Shown piece by piece: positions 48,254-59,157 of a DNA stretch of 64,000 nt (its first letter is position 1; every line of letters starts with the position of its first letter). Below the pieces are notes generated by a model. It was not told the origin of the DNA, did no database searches, and was given only the letters and a program-made list of their open reading frames with translations. Origin of the DNA: Desulfatiglandales bacterium. GTDB lineage: Bacteria; Desulfobacterota; DSM-4660; Desulfatiglandales; HGW-15. Position numbers and translations under genes: made by a program. The stretch lies in the NCBI GenBank assembly GCA_963667015.2, contig CAXXJJ010000001.1, positions 1,344,001-1,408,000 of the forward strand. The letters run 5' to 3'.

Positions 48254-49025
48254 TAAAAGAATAATTCCCTGCCTCGATGTGCGGGACGGCAGACTCACCA
48301 AGGGCATCAAATTCAAGGGGAATGTAGATATAGGAGATCCTGTTGAAACAGCCTATCAGTATTATCTTGAGGGCGCTGATGAAATAGTCTTTTACGATAT
48401 CACTGCCTCAAGTGAACGGCGTGACATTATGATAGAGACCGTTAGAAAAGTAGCTGAGAAGATATTTATCCCCTTTTCAGTTGGCGGCGGTATAAAAACA
48501 GTTGAAGATATGCGCCGGGTACTCCTGGCTGGGGCCGAGAAGATAAGCGTGAATTCGGCAGCAGTACAGAATCCTGAAATTATTTCACAGGGTGCCGAGG
48601 CCTTTGGGTGTCAGTGTGTTGTCCTTGGTATGGATGTGAAGAAGGTGCCAGTTTCCGATAAGATTCCGAGCGGGTACGAGATTGTCATAAACGGCGGAAG
48701 AAAATACATGGGTCTGGATGCACTGGAATGGGCAAAAAGGGGCGAAAGCTTAGGTGCAGGAGAGATCTGCCTCAACTCCATTGATGCTGACGGAACAAAA
48801 GAAGGATATGAACTGGAATTGAACAGGCTGATATCTTTAAATGTAAATATCCCTGTAATTGCGTCAGGAGGCGCAGGAACTCCCGAACACCTGTTCCAGG
48901 TGCTGGATGAAGACAGGGCCGATGCGGCGCTTATTGCCTCCATGACCCATTATGGTGAATATACCATAAAAGAGATAAAAGATTACCTGAACAACAAAGG
49001 GATAAAAGTGCGGATGAACTGGTAA
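48246..49025 (+). CDS. hisF: Imidazole glycerol phosphate synthase, cyclase subunit
   Basis: 'KRIIPCLDV', 'VGGGI', 'GAGEI', 'IASGGAG'. Confidence 0.97.
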   Translation: MLSKRIIPCLDVRDGRLTKGIKFKGNVDIGDPVETAYQYYLEGADEIVFYDITASSERRDIMIETVRKVAEKIFIPFSVGGGIKTVEDMRRVLLAGAEKISVNSAAVQNPEIISQGAEAFGCQCVVLGMDVKKVPVSDKIPSGYEIVINGGRKYMGLDALEWAKRGESLGAGEICLNSIDADGTKEGYELELNRLISLNVNIPVIASGGAGTPEHLFQVLDEDRADAALIASMTHYGEYTIKEIKDYLNNKGIKVRMNW

Positions 49026-49208
49026 ATAAATTATTAGTTGAATTGACCTTTTTTTATCGTGAGTTGAAATTATTTGCATCTTTTAAGTGAATATGGTATA
49101 AATGATAAATTTTTTTAAATAGATTATTCTGTTTACCGGAATTTAGATTTAACTCTGGGTCCAATCTCAATTAATCCCATTATCGGATATCTGTCAGGGG
49201 AGGAATCG

Positions 49209-49574
49209 ATGGCCAAGATATTAATAGTTGATGATGAAGAACATATCCGTTTTCTTTATTCTGAAGAACTGGCTGAAGCCGGGTATGAGATAATAACTGC
49301 GGATAGCGGATACAAGCTGTTAGAGAAGATTGAAGAGGAAAAGCCCGATCTTGTTGTACTGGATATAAAGATGGTGGATTACAATGGACTTGATCTGCTG
49401 CAGGATATACGCAATAAATTTTATGAACTTCCTGTTGTACTCTGCACTGCATATGATACGTTCAAGGAAGACATGAAATCCATTGCTGCAGATTTCTATG
49501 TAATTAAATCATTTGATTTAACTGAATTAAAAAACAAGATTAAAATAGCTCTGGAAGCAAGCTCAAACCGTTGA
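49209..49574 (+). CDS. Single-domain response regulator
   Basis: 'ILIVDDE', 'VLDIKM', 'CTAY', 'IKS'. Confidence 0.92.
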   Translation: MAKILIVDDEEHIRFLYSEELAEAGYEIITADSGYKLLEKIEEEKPDLVVLDIKMVDYNGLDLLQDIRNKFYELPVVLCTAYDTFKEDMKSIAADFYVIKSFDLTELKNKIKIALEASSNR

Positions 49575-49587
49575 TTTCTGCCGGGGT

Positions 49588-50061
49588 CTATTTGTGGTAT
49601 TTGTGCCCCTCAAGAATGGTAAATGCCCTGTAAATCTGTTCGGTAAGTATGAGCCTGGCCATTTCATGGGTCAGGGTCATCTTTGATATTGACATAATCT
49701 GGTCGGCCCTTTTCAGGACATCCTTTGACAGTCCAAGAGGGCCGCCTATTACAAAACATACCTGCCCTTTATTTTCAATAGACAGTTTTTTAAACATGGA
49801 AGCAAACCCTTCCGAACTGTATTGCCTTCCGGTTCTGTCGAGTGCAATCATGTAATCACCGGGCTCTGTTTTTGCCAGAATGTTCTCGCCCTCTTTTTTT
49901 ATGACCTCTTCATCCGGGGTGCTCCTGGTAATCCTTACTGCTTTGACTTCTGTCCATTTGCAGCTTACGAATCTTTTTAGGCGTTTAAGGTATTCTTCCT
50001 CACCCTCCCTTACAAATGACGCCCTTGTCCGATCCACCACAATAAAATTGAGTTTAAGCAT
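49588..50061 (-). CDS. rlmH: 23S rRNA (pseudouridine-1915-N3)-methyltransferase
   Basis: 'FVIGGPLGL', 'MTLTHEMARLILTEQIYRA', 'YHK'. Confidence 0.95.
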   Translation of the reverse strand: MLKLNFIVVDRTRASFVREGEEEYLKRLKRFVSCKWTEVKAVRITRSTPDEEVIKKEGENILAKTEPGDYMIALDRTGRQYSSEGFASMFKKLSIENKGQVCFVIGGPLGLSKDVLKRADQIMSISKMTLTHEMARLILTEQIYRAFTILEGHKYHK

Positions 50062-50527
50062 TGCCTTCCTTTTTTTTCAGGAGAGCTTTAAAAAGTTTTG
50101 ATACGGCAAGTCCTATCTGGGACTGGACAAGCCTGTAATGATAGGGTGATCGTCCGTAGGGATCTATAATTTCATCATCAGGCTGATCCGCGGCTATGTA
50201 TTTCCCGAGCATCTCAATTTTGTGCTCGGATTCGGGCCAGTATCTTACTATATAATTTAAATGATGTTGTTCCATTACGAGGATAAGATCTGCCCAGTCG
50301 ACATCTTTCTCTGAAATCATTCGGGAGGAATGCTCTACCTCAGGGATTTTCTTTTCCCTGAGGAAGCGTATCATTTCCGGATCGGCAGGCGTGCCAGGAT
50401 AGGCTCCTGTACCAGCCGAGGAAACAGTGATGCCCTCTGTCTGATTTACGTTTATCTCATTCAATAAGAGGGCCCTGGCCAGAAAACTGCGGCTTATATT
50501 GCCGGTACAAACAAAAAGAATATTCAT
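50054..50527 (-). CDS. Low-molecular-weight protein tyrosine/arginine phosphatase
   Basis: 'FVCTGNISRS', 'SAGT', 'DPYG'. Confidence 0.9.
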   Translation of the reverse strand: MNILFVCTGNISRSFLARALLLNEINVNQTEGITVSSAGTGAYPGTPADPEMIRFLREKKIPEVEHSSRMISEKDVDWADLILVMEQHHLNYIVRYWPESEHKIEMLGKYIAADQPDDEIIDPYGRSPYHYRLVQSQIGLAVSKLFKALLKKKEGNA

Positions 50528-52030
50528 TTATCTCTTTTCCAGATCAAGGATGTTGGCGATTTCAGTACTCATTTTATCGACAAAGTCTTCCATATCCTTC
50601 CCTTTAAGAGGGTTGCCTGGAGCGGGGTATTTTTCAAGAGTATCCGGTTTTACAAGCTGAGGGAAATTCTTCAGATCCTGTATGGGAGTCACATTGAATT
50701 CAGGTTCAAATGAATCGTTAAAATATTTTTCCTGGAAGCCTAAAAATTTGAGCATATGGGCTGTTGAGTCGAGAACACCTGTTTCATCGGGTTTTACGAT
50801 TCCCTGTTCTACAGCCCGTTTCATTCCTGCCATTGACTCACCGCCCTGGGTGCACACAACATTCCCGTTTCTATTGGCAAGTATCATGGAGTCCATTATC
50901 TCCTGCTCGGTAACCTGAACTACAAACACCTTTTTTTCAGGTGCGGTATTATTATATTCACCGGCTACTTCTATAACCCTCGGCATTGAAACAGGATTAC
51001 CTATCATGGCGGCCTGGGCAACGCTTGCCTTTACATTGACAGGCTTAAAGACCCTCTTATCCGGATTGCCTTCAAGGTAGTATCTGTAAACGGGATCCGC
51101 ATGTTCCGACTGAACACCGATTATCTTGGGGAGGCTTTTTATTATGCCTGCTTTATAAAATTTAAGAAATCCGCTCATCACTGCGGTAATATTGCCAGCA
51201 TTTCCGATCGGGAGGACAATCACCTTATCTCCCACTTCATAATCAAAGTCCTGTGCTATCTCATATGAGTAGGACTCCTGGCCCAGAATCCTCCAACTGT
51301 TTTTTGAGTTGAGCAGTGCAACATGATAGTTTTCTGCAAGAGCTTCGACAACCTTCATGCAGTCATCAAAGACACCGGGAATCTCTATTACCCTGGCCCC
51401 GGCGCCAAGGGGCTGTGCAAGCTGCTGCGGGGTTACTTTGCCCTGCGGCAGGAGCACGGCTGACTTAAGGAAATCCTCAAGATAACTCGCATAGAGAGCT
51501 GCAGCAGCAGAGGTGTCACCGGTTGAGGCACAGATGGCAAGTATTTTGTCGATATTGTTTTTTGAGGCAAAATAATTGATAAAGCTCAGGGCACAGGCCA
51601 TTCCCCTGTCCTTGAAGGATGCACTGGGATTGAGCCCGTCGTCCTTAAAATAGAAATTCCCGCCCACAATATCCCTGAGCCTGTTGTTTGCTTTTACAAC
51701 CGGGGTATGGCCTTCTCCCAGATACACTATCTGATCGAGAGGTATAATCGGTGCAATGAATTCATAGTATCTGAAAATCCCCTTCAGAGGCTGATCATTT
51801 ATCATGCATCTGTAGTCAAATATTTTTTTCCAAAGATCGCCGCTTATACCACTGTACCGGTCAAAAGTGGTGTCCTCAAGCAGCAGGACTGTGCCGCATT
51901 CAGGGCATGTATATAATATCTCATTTATTTCAAAATGATTTCCGCACCCCAGGCATCGATAGGACATGCTCCCGTTTGCCTCCGGGATAATAAACGGTTG
52001 TATATCTTCTGGTAACTGGCTTATTTTCAT
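50528..52030 (-). CDS. thrC: Threonine synthase
   Basis: 'LGEGHTP', 'NPSASFKDRG', 'CASTGDTS', 'PIGNAGN'; likely start 52030 (AAGGA RBS). Confidence 0.92.
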   Translation of the reverse strand: MKISQLPEDIQPFIIPEANGSMSYRCLGCGNHFEINEILYTCPECGTVLLLEDTTFDRYSGISGDLWKKIFDYRCMINDQPLKGIFRYYEFIAPIIPLDQIVYLGEGHTPVVKANNRLRDIVGGNFYFKDDGLNPSASFKDRGMACALSFINYFASKNNIDKILAICASTGDTSAAAALYASYLEDFLKSAVLLPQGKVTPQQLAQPLGAGARVIEIPGVFDDCMKVVEALAENYHVALLNSKNSWRILGQESYSYEIAQDFDYEVGDKVIVLPIGNAGNITAVMSGFLKFYKAGIIKSLPKIIGVQSEHADPVYRYYLEGNPDKRVFKPVNVKASVAQAAMIGNPVSMPRVIEVAGEYNNTAPEKKVFVVQVTEQEIMDSMILANRNGNVVCTQGGESMAGMKRAVEQGIVKPDETGVLDSTAHMLKFLGFQEKYFNDSFEPEFNVTPIQDLKNFPQLVKPDTLEKYPAPGNPLKGKDMEDFVDKMSTEIANILDLEKR

Positions 52031-52142
52031 TATATAATCCTTTAATTTAAGTTTCCCGGTTATAATAGCTGAAAGGTACATTGAATACAAGAGGTTGCTC
52101 AATAATACCTCCTTAATGTTTATGAATAGGCACTATTTAAGA

Positions 52143-52545
52143 ATGCAGGATAAAATTACAAAAGGAACAGTAATAAGATACATATTATACCAGTTGCCGG
52201 AACTGGCAGTGCTGATAGTTGCCCTGTTTCTGATAAAGCAATGGATAAAAGTTTCCGATTTAATTTTATATGGAATTATATCCGCCTGGATAATAAAAGA
52301 TGTAATATTATTTTTTTATACATGGAAGGCTTATATTCCGGAAAAAAAGGATATAATGATCGGGAAACAGGGTATTGCACTGGAAAGAATTATCGATTCA
52401 GGGTATATAAAAATAAACGGAGAACAATGGAGTGCCCTGAACCGGAGTAGCGTTCCCCTTGAAAAGGGGGTCGGAAATTTTAGTTGTTGAAAGGAAAGGC
52501 CTTACACTTTACGTAATGCCTTCAGGACTGAAGAATGCAGAATGA
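52143..52545 (+). CDS. NfeD-family membrane protein, frameshifted in a G run (probable assembly error)
   Basis: 'MIGKQGIA...GYIKINGEQWSA'; removing one G from 52466-52470 restores 'EKGSEILVVERKGLTLYV'. Confidence 0.7.
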
Positions 52546-52759
52546 ATGCAGCAGGCTTAAAGAGATACTTGAAGCCCAGATAGATATAATAGAACGACAC
52601 GTTGACGACCATAAATGGTTTTTGCAGATAGAAGACAGGAATGAAGCCGTTCGCGATTTTATTGAAAAATACGGTTTTATCATGAGAGAATTCTATTGCT
52701 CCAGGATTTGCGAAGAAAGATTTACCTGTAAGGTAGCAAGTCAATACAATCCAAAATAG
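52535..52759 (+). CDS. Small hypothetical protein with His/Cys residues
   Basis: 74-aa ORF in operon; 'RHVDDHKWF..CSRIC..C'. Confidence 0.55.
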   Translation: MQNECSRLKEILEAQIDIIERHVDDHKWFLQIEDRNEAVRDFIEKYGFIMREFYCSRICEERFTCKVASQYNPK

Positions 52760-52779
52760 CTGGTTAAAGAGGCGTCCCC

Positions 52780-55122
52780 TTGAAGAAAAAGATCACTGTT
52801 TCGGTCAGGAATCTGGTCGAATATTCCTGCAGGGCAGGGGACCTGTCATTTGACGGCTTCTCACAAATTAATCCCCGTGATGCTATTTTTGCACACCAGA
52901 AGGTTCAAAAGTCCCGTCCGGCAGAATACACCGGTGAGGTTACTGTTACCAGGGAGTTTGAAACCGATAATCACATCCTTGAAGTCAACGGCCGCATGGA
53001 CGGCATATTCAGGTACCCGGATTCCATAATAATAGAAGAAATAAAGACTACCACAAGGAATCTCGAATATTATGAGAAAGCGGTAAATCCGGTCCACTGG
53101 GCACAGCTTAAGGTATATTGCTATATATGCATGCTGCAGGAAGAGCTTGATGAAATTTCAGGTCAGCTTGCCTATTATCAGCTTGATACCGGAAAACTTA
53201 AGGAGATCAGAGAGACTTACAGCAGGGCAGAGCTGGAGTCCTTTTTTTATGACCTGTCCTCCCGTTATCTGAAGAGGATTGAGAGCCTTGAGAAATGGTG
53301 GATTATCCGTGATAACTCAATAAAAACACTTGAATTTCCCTTCAGCAGTTACCGTCCCGGTCAGAGGGAGATGGCAGTTGAGGTTTACGGCGCTATCCTG
53401 CAGGAAAGGGAGATACTGGTACAGGCCGCAACCGGGATAGGGAAAACCATGTCAACTCTGTTTCCTTCCATAAAGGCAATGGCAGAAGGGCTTTCCTCAA
53501 AGATCTTTTACCTTACAGCAAGAACAACCGGAAAGGATTCGGCAGAATCTGCGATCTATGAAATGCGGCAAAAGGGATTAAGGATTAAGTCTCTGACCAT
53601 CACTGCAAAGGATAAGATCTGCTTCAAGCGTGACAGTGCATGTTCTCCGGATGAATGTGAATATGCCAGGGGTTATTTTGACAGAGTAGATGAGGCGGAG
53701 GAACAGTTTTTTAATGAAGATTGTTTTTCACAGTCCGCAATTGAACGGATAGCCTCAACCTGTATGATCTGCCCCTTTGAATTCAGCCTGGGGCTTTCCC
53801 TCATGGCGGATGTAATTATATGCGACTATAATTATGTTTTCGACCCAAGGGTATATCTGAGGAGGTTTTTCCTTGATGAAAAAAATGATTCCACACTCCT
53901 TATTGATGAAGCGCACAACCTTGTGGACAGATCAAGGGAGATGTTTTCTGCAGAAATAATTAAACAGTCCTTTCTTGATGTCAGAAGAGCAGTCAAAGAA
54001 GACCTGCCGAATATTTATAAAAAGCTGGGCAGTATCAATTCCAGCCTGATCAAATATCGTAAAAAATGTGATGAAGAGAGCGGGAGCATTCTTATTGAGC
54101 ATGATGGACCAGTAGAACTGCTTCCATCTCTCAGGCATTTTTTGAAGGCCGCAGAAGAGTGGTTTGCACTTAACATTCCTTCACCCTTTAAGGATACCCT
54201 GCTTGAGCTCTACTTCAGTGTAAGAACATTTTCAAGGATACTCGAAGAGTATGATGAGACCTACAGGACCATTTACGAATCAGCAGGAAAGGATTTAAGG
54301 CTGAAGCTTTTCTGTATTGATCCATCTGCAGGGCTAAGCAGGACATTCAATAAAAACAGGGCAGCAGTATTTTTTTCCGCAACCATGTCTCCCCCTCACT
54401 ATTTTAAAAGACTGTTCGGATGCAGTGAAGGTACAAGGAATATCGAAATCCCTTCACCCTTTCCTCCTGAAAATCTTTGCCTGGTCATATACGGCGGAGT
54501 TTCAACCCTTTATAAAAACAGGGAAGCTACCAAGGCCTCTGCTGCCGGACTCATAAGCCCGGTTATTGATTCGAAAAAGGGTAATTACCTGTTGTTTTTC
54601 CCTTCATATACGTACATGAACATGGTGACCGGGCTGTTTGAACCGGAAAAAACCGGTTTTGAAATGATTATCCAGAATCCGGGGATGACCCATGAAGAAC
54701 GGGATAATTTTTTGAGCCGTTTTTCTACGGGCAATGAATCTACTCTTGTGGCTTTTGCCGTTATGGGAGGAATATTTGGCGAGGGTATCGATCTCACCGG
54801 TGAGAGATTGTCAGGGGCAGTAATATATGGCGTGGGGCTTCCGGGAATATCTCCCGAGAGGGATATTATCAGGGATTATTTCGCAGAGAGCGATCAGGCT
54901 GGCTTTGAATATGCCTATCTCTATCCCGGTATAAACAGGGTGCTTCAGGCTGCCGGAAGAGTGATCCGCTCGGAAAATGACAGGGGAGTGGTTGTCCTGG
55001 TCGATGACAGGTACAGGAGTTACAGATATAAATCCCTTTTTCCTGCGGGCTGGAGTCCGGTTGCAGTGAATTCAAAATCCGAACTGGATCGTGTGCTGAA
55101 AAAATTCTGGAATGGAAAATAG
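52780..55122 (+). CDS. Rad3/DinG-like Fe-S DNA helicase with N-terminal PD-(D/E)xK nuclease domain
   Basis: 'GRMDGI..IEEIKT'; 'YRPGQ', 'ATGIGKT', Fe-S cysteines, 'DEAHN', 'FSAT', 'QAAGRVIR'. Confidence 0.9.
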   Translation: MKKKITVSVRNLVEYSCRAGDLSFDGFSQINPRDAIFAHQKVQKSRPAEYTGEVTVTREFETDNHILEVNGRMDGIFRYPDSIIIEEIKTTTRNLEYYEKAVNPVHWAQLKVYCYICMLQEELDEISGQLAYYQLDTGKLKEIRETYSRAELESFFYDLSSRYLKRIESLEKWWIIRDNSIKTLEFPFSSYRPGQREMAVEVYGAILQEREILVQAATGIGKTMSTLFPSIKAMAEGLSSKIFYLTARTTGKDSAESAIYEMRQKGLRIKSLTITAKDKICFKRDSACSPDECEYARGYFDRVDEAEEQFFNEDCFSQSAIERIASTCMICPFEFSLGLSLMADVIICDYNYVFDPRVYLRRFFLDEKNDSTLLIDEAHNLVDRSREMFSAEIIKQSFLDVRRAVKEDLPNIYKKLGSINSSLIKYRKKCDEESGSILIEHDGPVELLPSLRHFLKAAEEWFALNIPSPFKDTLLELYFSVRTFSRILEEYDETYRTIYESAGKDLRLKLFCIDPSAGLSRTFNKNRAAVFFSATMSPPHYFKRLFGCSEGTRNIEIPSPFPPENLCLVIYGGVSTLYKNREATKASAAGLISPVIDSKKGNYLLFFPSYTYMNMVTGLFEPEKTGFEMIIQNPGMTHEERDNFLSRFSTGNESTLVAFAVMGGIFGEGIDLTGERLSGAVIYGVGLPGISPERDIIRDYFAESDQAGFEYAYLYPGINRVLQAAGRVIRSENDRGVVVLVDDRYRSYRYKSLFPAGWSPVAVNSKSELDRVLKKFWNGK

Positions 55123-55307
55123 TAGAGAAAGGTTCTTGTCGCGGGGAGGTTTTTGCGAAGACGGATTAAACCTGTCTCCCTGGTATGAAGTTCGACTTGA
55201 AATTATTCCTTGAGAAGCATTGGTTTACATGGTAATAGAGTCTCATAGGTTGGCAGATAGCTAACTTATTGAAAATGAAGTATATTTATCTTTAAGGCAA
55301 GAATAGA

Positions 55308-56303
55308 ATGATAATAGAACAGGCAAAAGAAGTATTAAAAATTGAGGCACAGGGTATCCTTGATCTTGTTGATCGTATTGGGCCTGAATTTGAAAAGGCT
55401 GTGCAGATAATTGTTAAATCAAGAGGCCGGGTAATCATAACCGGTATGGGTAAATCAGGGCTTGTGGGCAGAAAAATTTCTGCTACCATGAGCAGTACCG
55501 GAACTCCTTCTATCTTTATGCATCCGGCCGAGGCCCTTCATGGAGATCTTGGCATGGTAACCAGGGAAGATGTTGTCCTGGCTATCTCAAACGGCGGTCA
55601 CACGCATGAAATCAATAAAATTCTCCCAATGATAAAGAAAGACATGGGAGCAAAGATAATCAGTTTTACGGGCAATGTTGAGTCTCCAATGGCCCGGATG
55701 AGCGATGTGGTGATCGATGTAAAGGTTGAAAGGGAGGCATGTCCAATAACAATGGCACCTACAACAAGTACTACAGCAACAGTTGCCATGGGAGATGCCA
55801 TGGCTGTCGTGCTCATGAAGCTCAGAAGGTTCGGGCAGAAGGATTTTAAGCGGTTTCATCCCGGCGGAACCCTTGGCGAAAGACTCGGCACCAAGGTAAA
55901 GGAAGTCATGTTCGCGGGCGATAATATCCCGGTGGTGAATGCCGGAACAAAGGTATATGACGCCATCGTGGAGATAGATTCAAAGGGAATCGGCGTAACT
56001 GTTGTAGTTGATCATGAAAGAAGGGTAAAAGGCATCCTGACTGACGGCGACCTGAGAAGGGCGCTCATGAAACAGGAGAGCATATACTCTCTGGTTGTTG
56101 ATGATGTAATGACACCCTCGCCAAGGGGCATTGACGAGAACATGTCAGCGGCCGAGGCCCTGCAGATCATGGAATTATATCAGATAACACACCTTATAAT
56201 CCTGGATGAAGAAAAGCGGCTCAGGGGAATACTGCACCTTCATGATATCCTGGGAAAAGAGGAATTCAGACTCAATGGCGGGTTTACTCCTTCCAATGAT
56301 TGA
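55308..56303 (+). CDS. kdsD: Arabinose-5-phosphate isomerase (KpsF/GutQ family, SIS + CBS)
   Basis: 'TGMGKSG', 'HPAEALHGDLG', 'APTTST', 'FHPGG', 'TDGDLRR'. Confidence 0.9.
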   Translation: MIIEQAKEVLKIEAQGILDLVDRIGPEFEKAVQIIVKSRGRVIITGMGKSGLVGRKISATMSSTGTPSIFMHPAEALHGDLGMVTREDVVLAISNGGHTHEINKILPMIKKDMGAKIISFTGNVESPMARMSDVVIDVKVEREACPITMAPTTSTTATVAMGDAMAVVLMKLRRFGQKDFKRFHPGGTLGERLGTKVKEVMFAGDNIPVVNAGTKVYDAIVEIDSKGIGVTVVVDHERRVKGILTDGDLRRALMKQESIYSLVVDDVMTPSPRGIDENMSAAEALQIMELYQITHLIILDEEKRLRGILHLHDILGKEEFRLNGGFTPSND

Positions 56304-56313
56304 TGATTAGTGA

Positions 56314-56347
56314 CGCATCCGCCATAGCTTTAGCGACGGCGGATGCG
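56314..56347. repeat. REP-like hairpin between convergent genes, same family as 7904-7930 and 9715-9740
   Basis: CGCATCCGCC-ATAGCTTTAGCGAC-GGCGGATGCG. Confidence 0.75.
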
Positions 56348-56355
56348 CCTAGTCT

Positions 56356-57078
56356 TTATTTCATTTCCCTGATCCTTACCTCAATATCCTTTTCATCCTT
56401 AAGAAGGTCAACCAGTTTAGAGGTATCGGTTTCACCATAATGATAGGGATAAAGGAGGGAGGGCCTGAAGGCCTTTGCTGCATCGGCCGCCATTTCGGGG
56501 GTCATGGTATAAGGGCGGTTCATCGGCAGGAATGCTATATCGATCCCCTTTAACGTCTTCATTTCTGGAATATTTTCCGTGTCTCCGGCCACATAAACCT
56601 TTTTATCTCCGAATGTTATGATATAACCGTTTCCCTTTCCCTTTGGATGAAAAGATGTGTCAGGGGCAATATTATATGCAGGTACTGCCTCGATCTTAAA
56701 TCCTGATACGGTTTTTTTATCACCGTTTTTCATTACTGTCCCTTCTCCGATCTGTTGCCTGCATGTCTCGGTAAGGATAATTTGGGTGCTGTCTTTTTTG
56801 AGGGCATCTATAGCCTTTTTATCGAGGTGATCCATGTGTTCATGAGTGACAAGGATAATGTCGGCCTTTGGCAGATCCTTGTAATCAGTAAACCTGGTCC
56901 ATGGATCGACATGAATAACCTTCCCCTCAAAGGAAAACATAAGGGTGCCATGACCGATAAAGGTTATTTCCAGATTACCATCTGATGTTTTTATTTTATC
57001 CATCTGAAATCCTCCCTGTGCATATCCAAAAACGGGTAAAAAAAGCAATAGAAGAAAGATTGTGATCCTGATTTTCAT
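56356..57078 (-). CDS. Secreted MBL-fold metallo-hydrolase (UlaG-like)
   Basis: Signal peptide; 'THEHMDH', 'AGDT', 'PYHY'. Confidence 0.9.
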   Translation of the reverse strand: MKIRITIFLLLLFLPVFGYAQGGFQMDKIKTSDGNLEITFIGHGTLMFSFEGKVIHVDPWTRFTDYKDLPKADIILVTHEHMDHLDKKAIDALKKDSTQIILTETCRQQIGEGTVMKNGDKKTVSGFKIEAVPAYNIAPDTSFHPKGKGNGYIITFGDKKVYVAGDTENIPEMKTLKGIDIAFLPMNRPYTMTPEMAADAAKAFRPSLLYPYHYGETDTSKLVDLLKDEKDIEVRIREMK

Positions 57079-57442
57079 GTTATGCCTCCATGTGATGAAT
57101 ATTGGAAAGACTAAAATTGATTTTGACGATGATAATCCAAATACCCGATTTTGTCTATTTTTGTTCTTTAAATTAGGCGATTGTTCGATATTGACACTTA
57201 TTAGTTCATATACTATACTTCTTCGAAATAAATTGAGTTTAAAAAAAATATATAAAGAAATAATAACGACCGATAAAGAAGATTTCCTCTACCAAAGTGT
57301 GTATCCTGACAAGAGTTTTTGTTTTCACAGCCTTTATTTTTCTGCTAACCAGCTGATAAAAGCATTATCACAAAAATAAATCCAAATACTCCGGCAACAC
57401 TGTTGTTAGATAATCGGTTTGTTTATAATGGGGTTAAAATAA

Positions 57443-58666
57443 ATGATTGAGCAGATGTATAATGAGTCAAATATAAAGACACCGGGCCAGTTGGGTGTTG
57501 GGGTCATGATGGTGTTTGTGGCAATACTTACGGCCTTTCCAATGATGGCAACGGATATGTATATGCCCGCGCTTCCCTCTATTAAGGCAGAGTTGAACAC
57601 TACTATTGAGCTGGTCAATGTTACATTGTCCGGATTCTTTTTTGTGATAAGCATCAGCGGACTGGTATTCGGCCCCCTGTCTGACAGGTATGGCCGAAAA
57701 CCAGTCATTATGGTGGCATTAACACTGTATGTTCTTGCAAGTGTATCCTGTGCGCTCAGCCCGAATATCTATTTTCTGATCGTTTCAAGATTGTTTCAGG
57801 CAATAGGCTGCGCGGGTGGAATGGCTGTTTCCACGGCTATTATTAAAGATTTTTTTCCTCCTGAGGCAAAGGAAAAGGCCTTTGCCATCATAGGCGCCTT
57901 AACCGGTTTTGTTCCTGTAACCGCACCGATTTTAGGGGCATGGATACTGGCATTTACCTCATGGCGCGGGGCCTTTGTAGTTCTGGCAATACTGGGATTT
58001 ATTACATTGATATTCGGAATTTTCTACAAGGAAACCAACCTTGAGCGTTCTAACGACAGCATTCCTGCTTCAATGGGAAAACTCTTTGTTGTGCTTTTCA
58101 ATCCATCTTTTGCGAGGCTGGTATTTTTGTTTGCACTGGCTCCACTGGGCATGATGGCCTTTGTCGGTATATCATCCTTTATATTTCAACAGACCTTCGG
58201 TGTGAGTGAGCAGGTATACAGTTATTATTTTGCGGCTAATGCAGTTGTGAGTGTTCTTGTTGCCATAGCCTATATCCGGATTTCTCAGATTATTAAACCC
58301 GTCGTGTTGATCACCATCAGTTTTATTTTGAGCATTATAAGCGGTATTCTCACAATCCTTATCGGTGAATTGCATCCCGCACTTTTTCTGGCTACCATTG
58401 CTATAGGAAGTGCCGCCTTTGCCCTCCAGAGGCCGCCGTCCATGAACCTTATGATAGAACAGCAGGACAAAAATGCCGGGTCGGCATCATCTCTGATGTT
58501 TTGTTTTATGGGTTCCTTCGGGAGCCTTGGTCTTGTATTTATTTCCATGGACTGGAGCAACCGGATTGTTATCCTGGGTATAATGAATGTAGTGCTTGGC
58601 ACATTAAGTACATTGTTCTGGCTATATGCAAAAAACAGGTGTAAAATGCCGAAAAACATGATGTAA
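57443..58666 (+). CDS. Bcr/CflA-family MFS efflux transporter
   Basis: 'DMYMPALP', 'GPLSDRYGRKPV', about 12 TM. Confidence 0.92.
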   Translation: MIEQMYNESNIKTPGQLGVGVMMVFVAILTAFPMMATDMYMPALPSIKAELNTTIELVNVTLSGFFFVISISGLVFGPLSDRYGRKPVIMVALTLYVLASVSCALSPNIYFLIVSRLFQAIGCAGGMAVSTAIIKDFFPPEAKEKAFAIIGALTGFVPVTAPILGAWILAFTSWRGAFVVLAILGFITLIFGIFYKETNLERSNDSIPASMGKLFVVLFNPSFARLVFLFALAPLGMMAFVGISSFIFQQTFGVSEQVYSYYFAANAVVSVLVAIAYIRISQIIKPVVLITISFILSIISGILTILIGELHPALFLATIAIGSAAFALQRPPSMNLMIEQQDKNAGSASSLMFCFMGSFGSLGLVFISMDWSNRIVILGIMNVVLGTLSTLFWLYAKNRCKMPKNMM

Positions 58667-58678
58667 GACTGGAAAAAT

Positions 58679-59137
58679 ATGACAAACTACATTAAACACC
58701 CGATACTGGAAAAAATTATAAGCTTTTTAATCAGCATAATAATAGTCCTCATAATTTTTGTTGGTATCATCGGTATAATTTTCCCTTTAATGATCGAGGC
58801 AAGAATAGAACATATAAAAATTATATCTTTGATACCAACCCTGATTGGCGCATTGATAATTCTTGCGGCAAGGCGCTGGCCGGTATTTCGTTTTATTTCA
58901 TTTATTAAAAAACCCGGGGACTATGAGACAAAGGGCTGCGACTTTATTGGTTCGTTGATTATCGGCTTATCTTTTCTGTTAGCAGGGGTGCTCTATATGC
59001 GTACAAAAAATCCCAATATGATGCTTATCCCGTTTATCGGGGGGGCTGCCATTGTAAGGATAATGATATTTTATATTAATAACAAAATCAGTAAACGGGA
59101 GATAGAAATATCAATCCCTCCGGAGGAAGAAAAATAA
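58679..59137 (+). CDS. Hypothetical 4-TM membrane protein
   Basis: 152-aa hydrophobic ORF. Confidence 0.55.
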   Translation: MTNYIKHPILEKIISFLISIIIVLIIFVGIIGIIFPLMIEARIEHIKIISLIPTLIGALIILAARRWPVFRFISFIKKPGDYETKGCDFIGSLIIGLSFLLAGVLYMRTKNPNMMLIPFIGGAAIVRIMIFYINNKISKREIEISIPPEEEK

Positions 59138-59157
59138 TTTTCTGTTGATCCGGATTT

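Noticed and set aside
52780..55122. DinG helicase with nuclease domain as a type IV CRISPR or defence component
   Set aside because: Housekeeping context with no cas genes or array; this fusion is a common stand-alone repair helicase.
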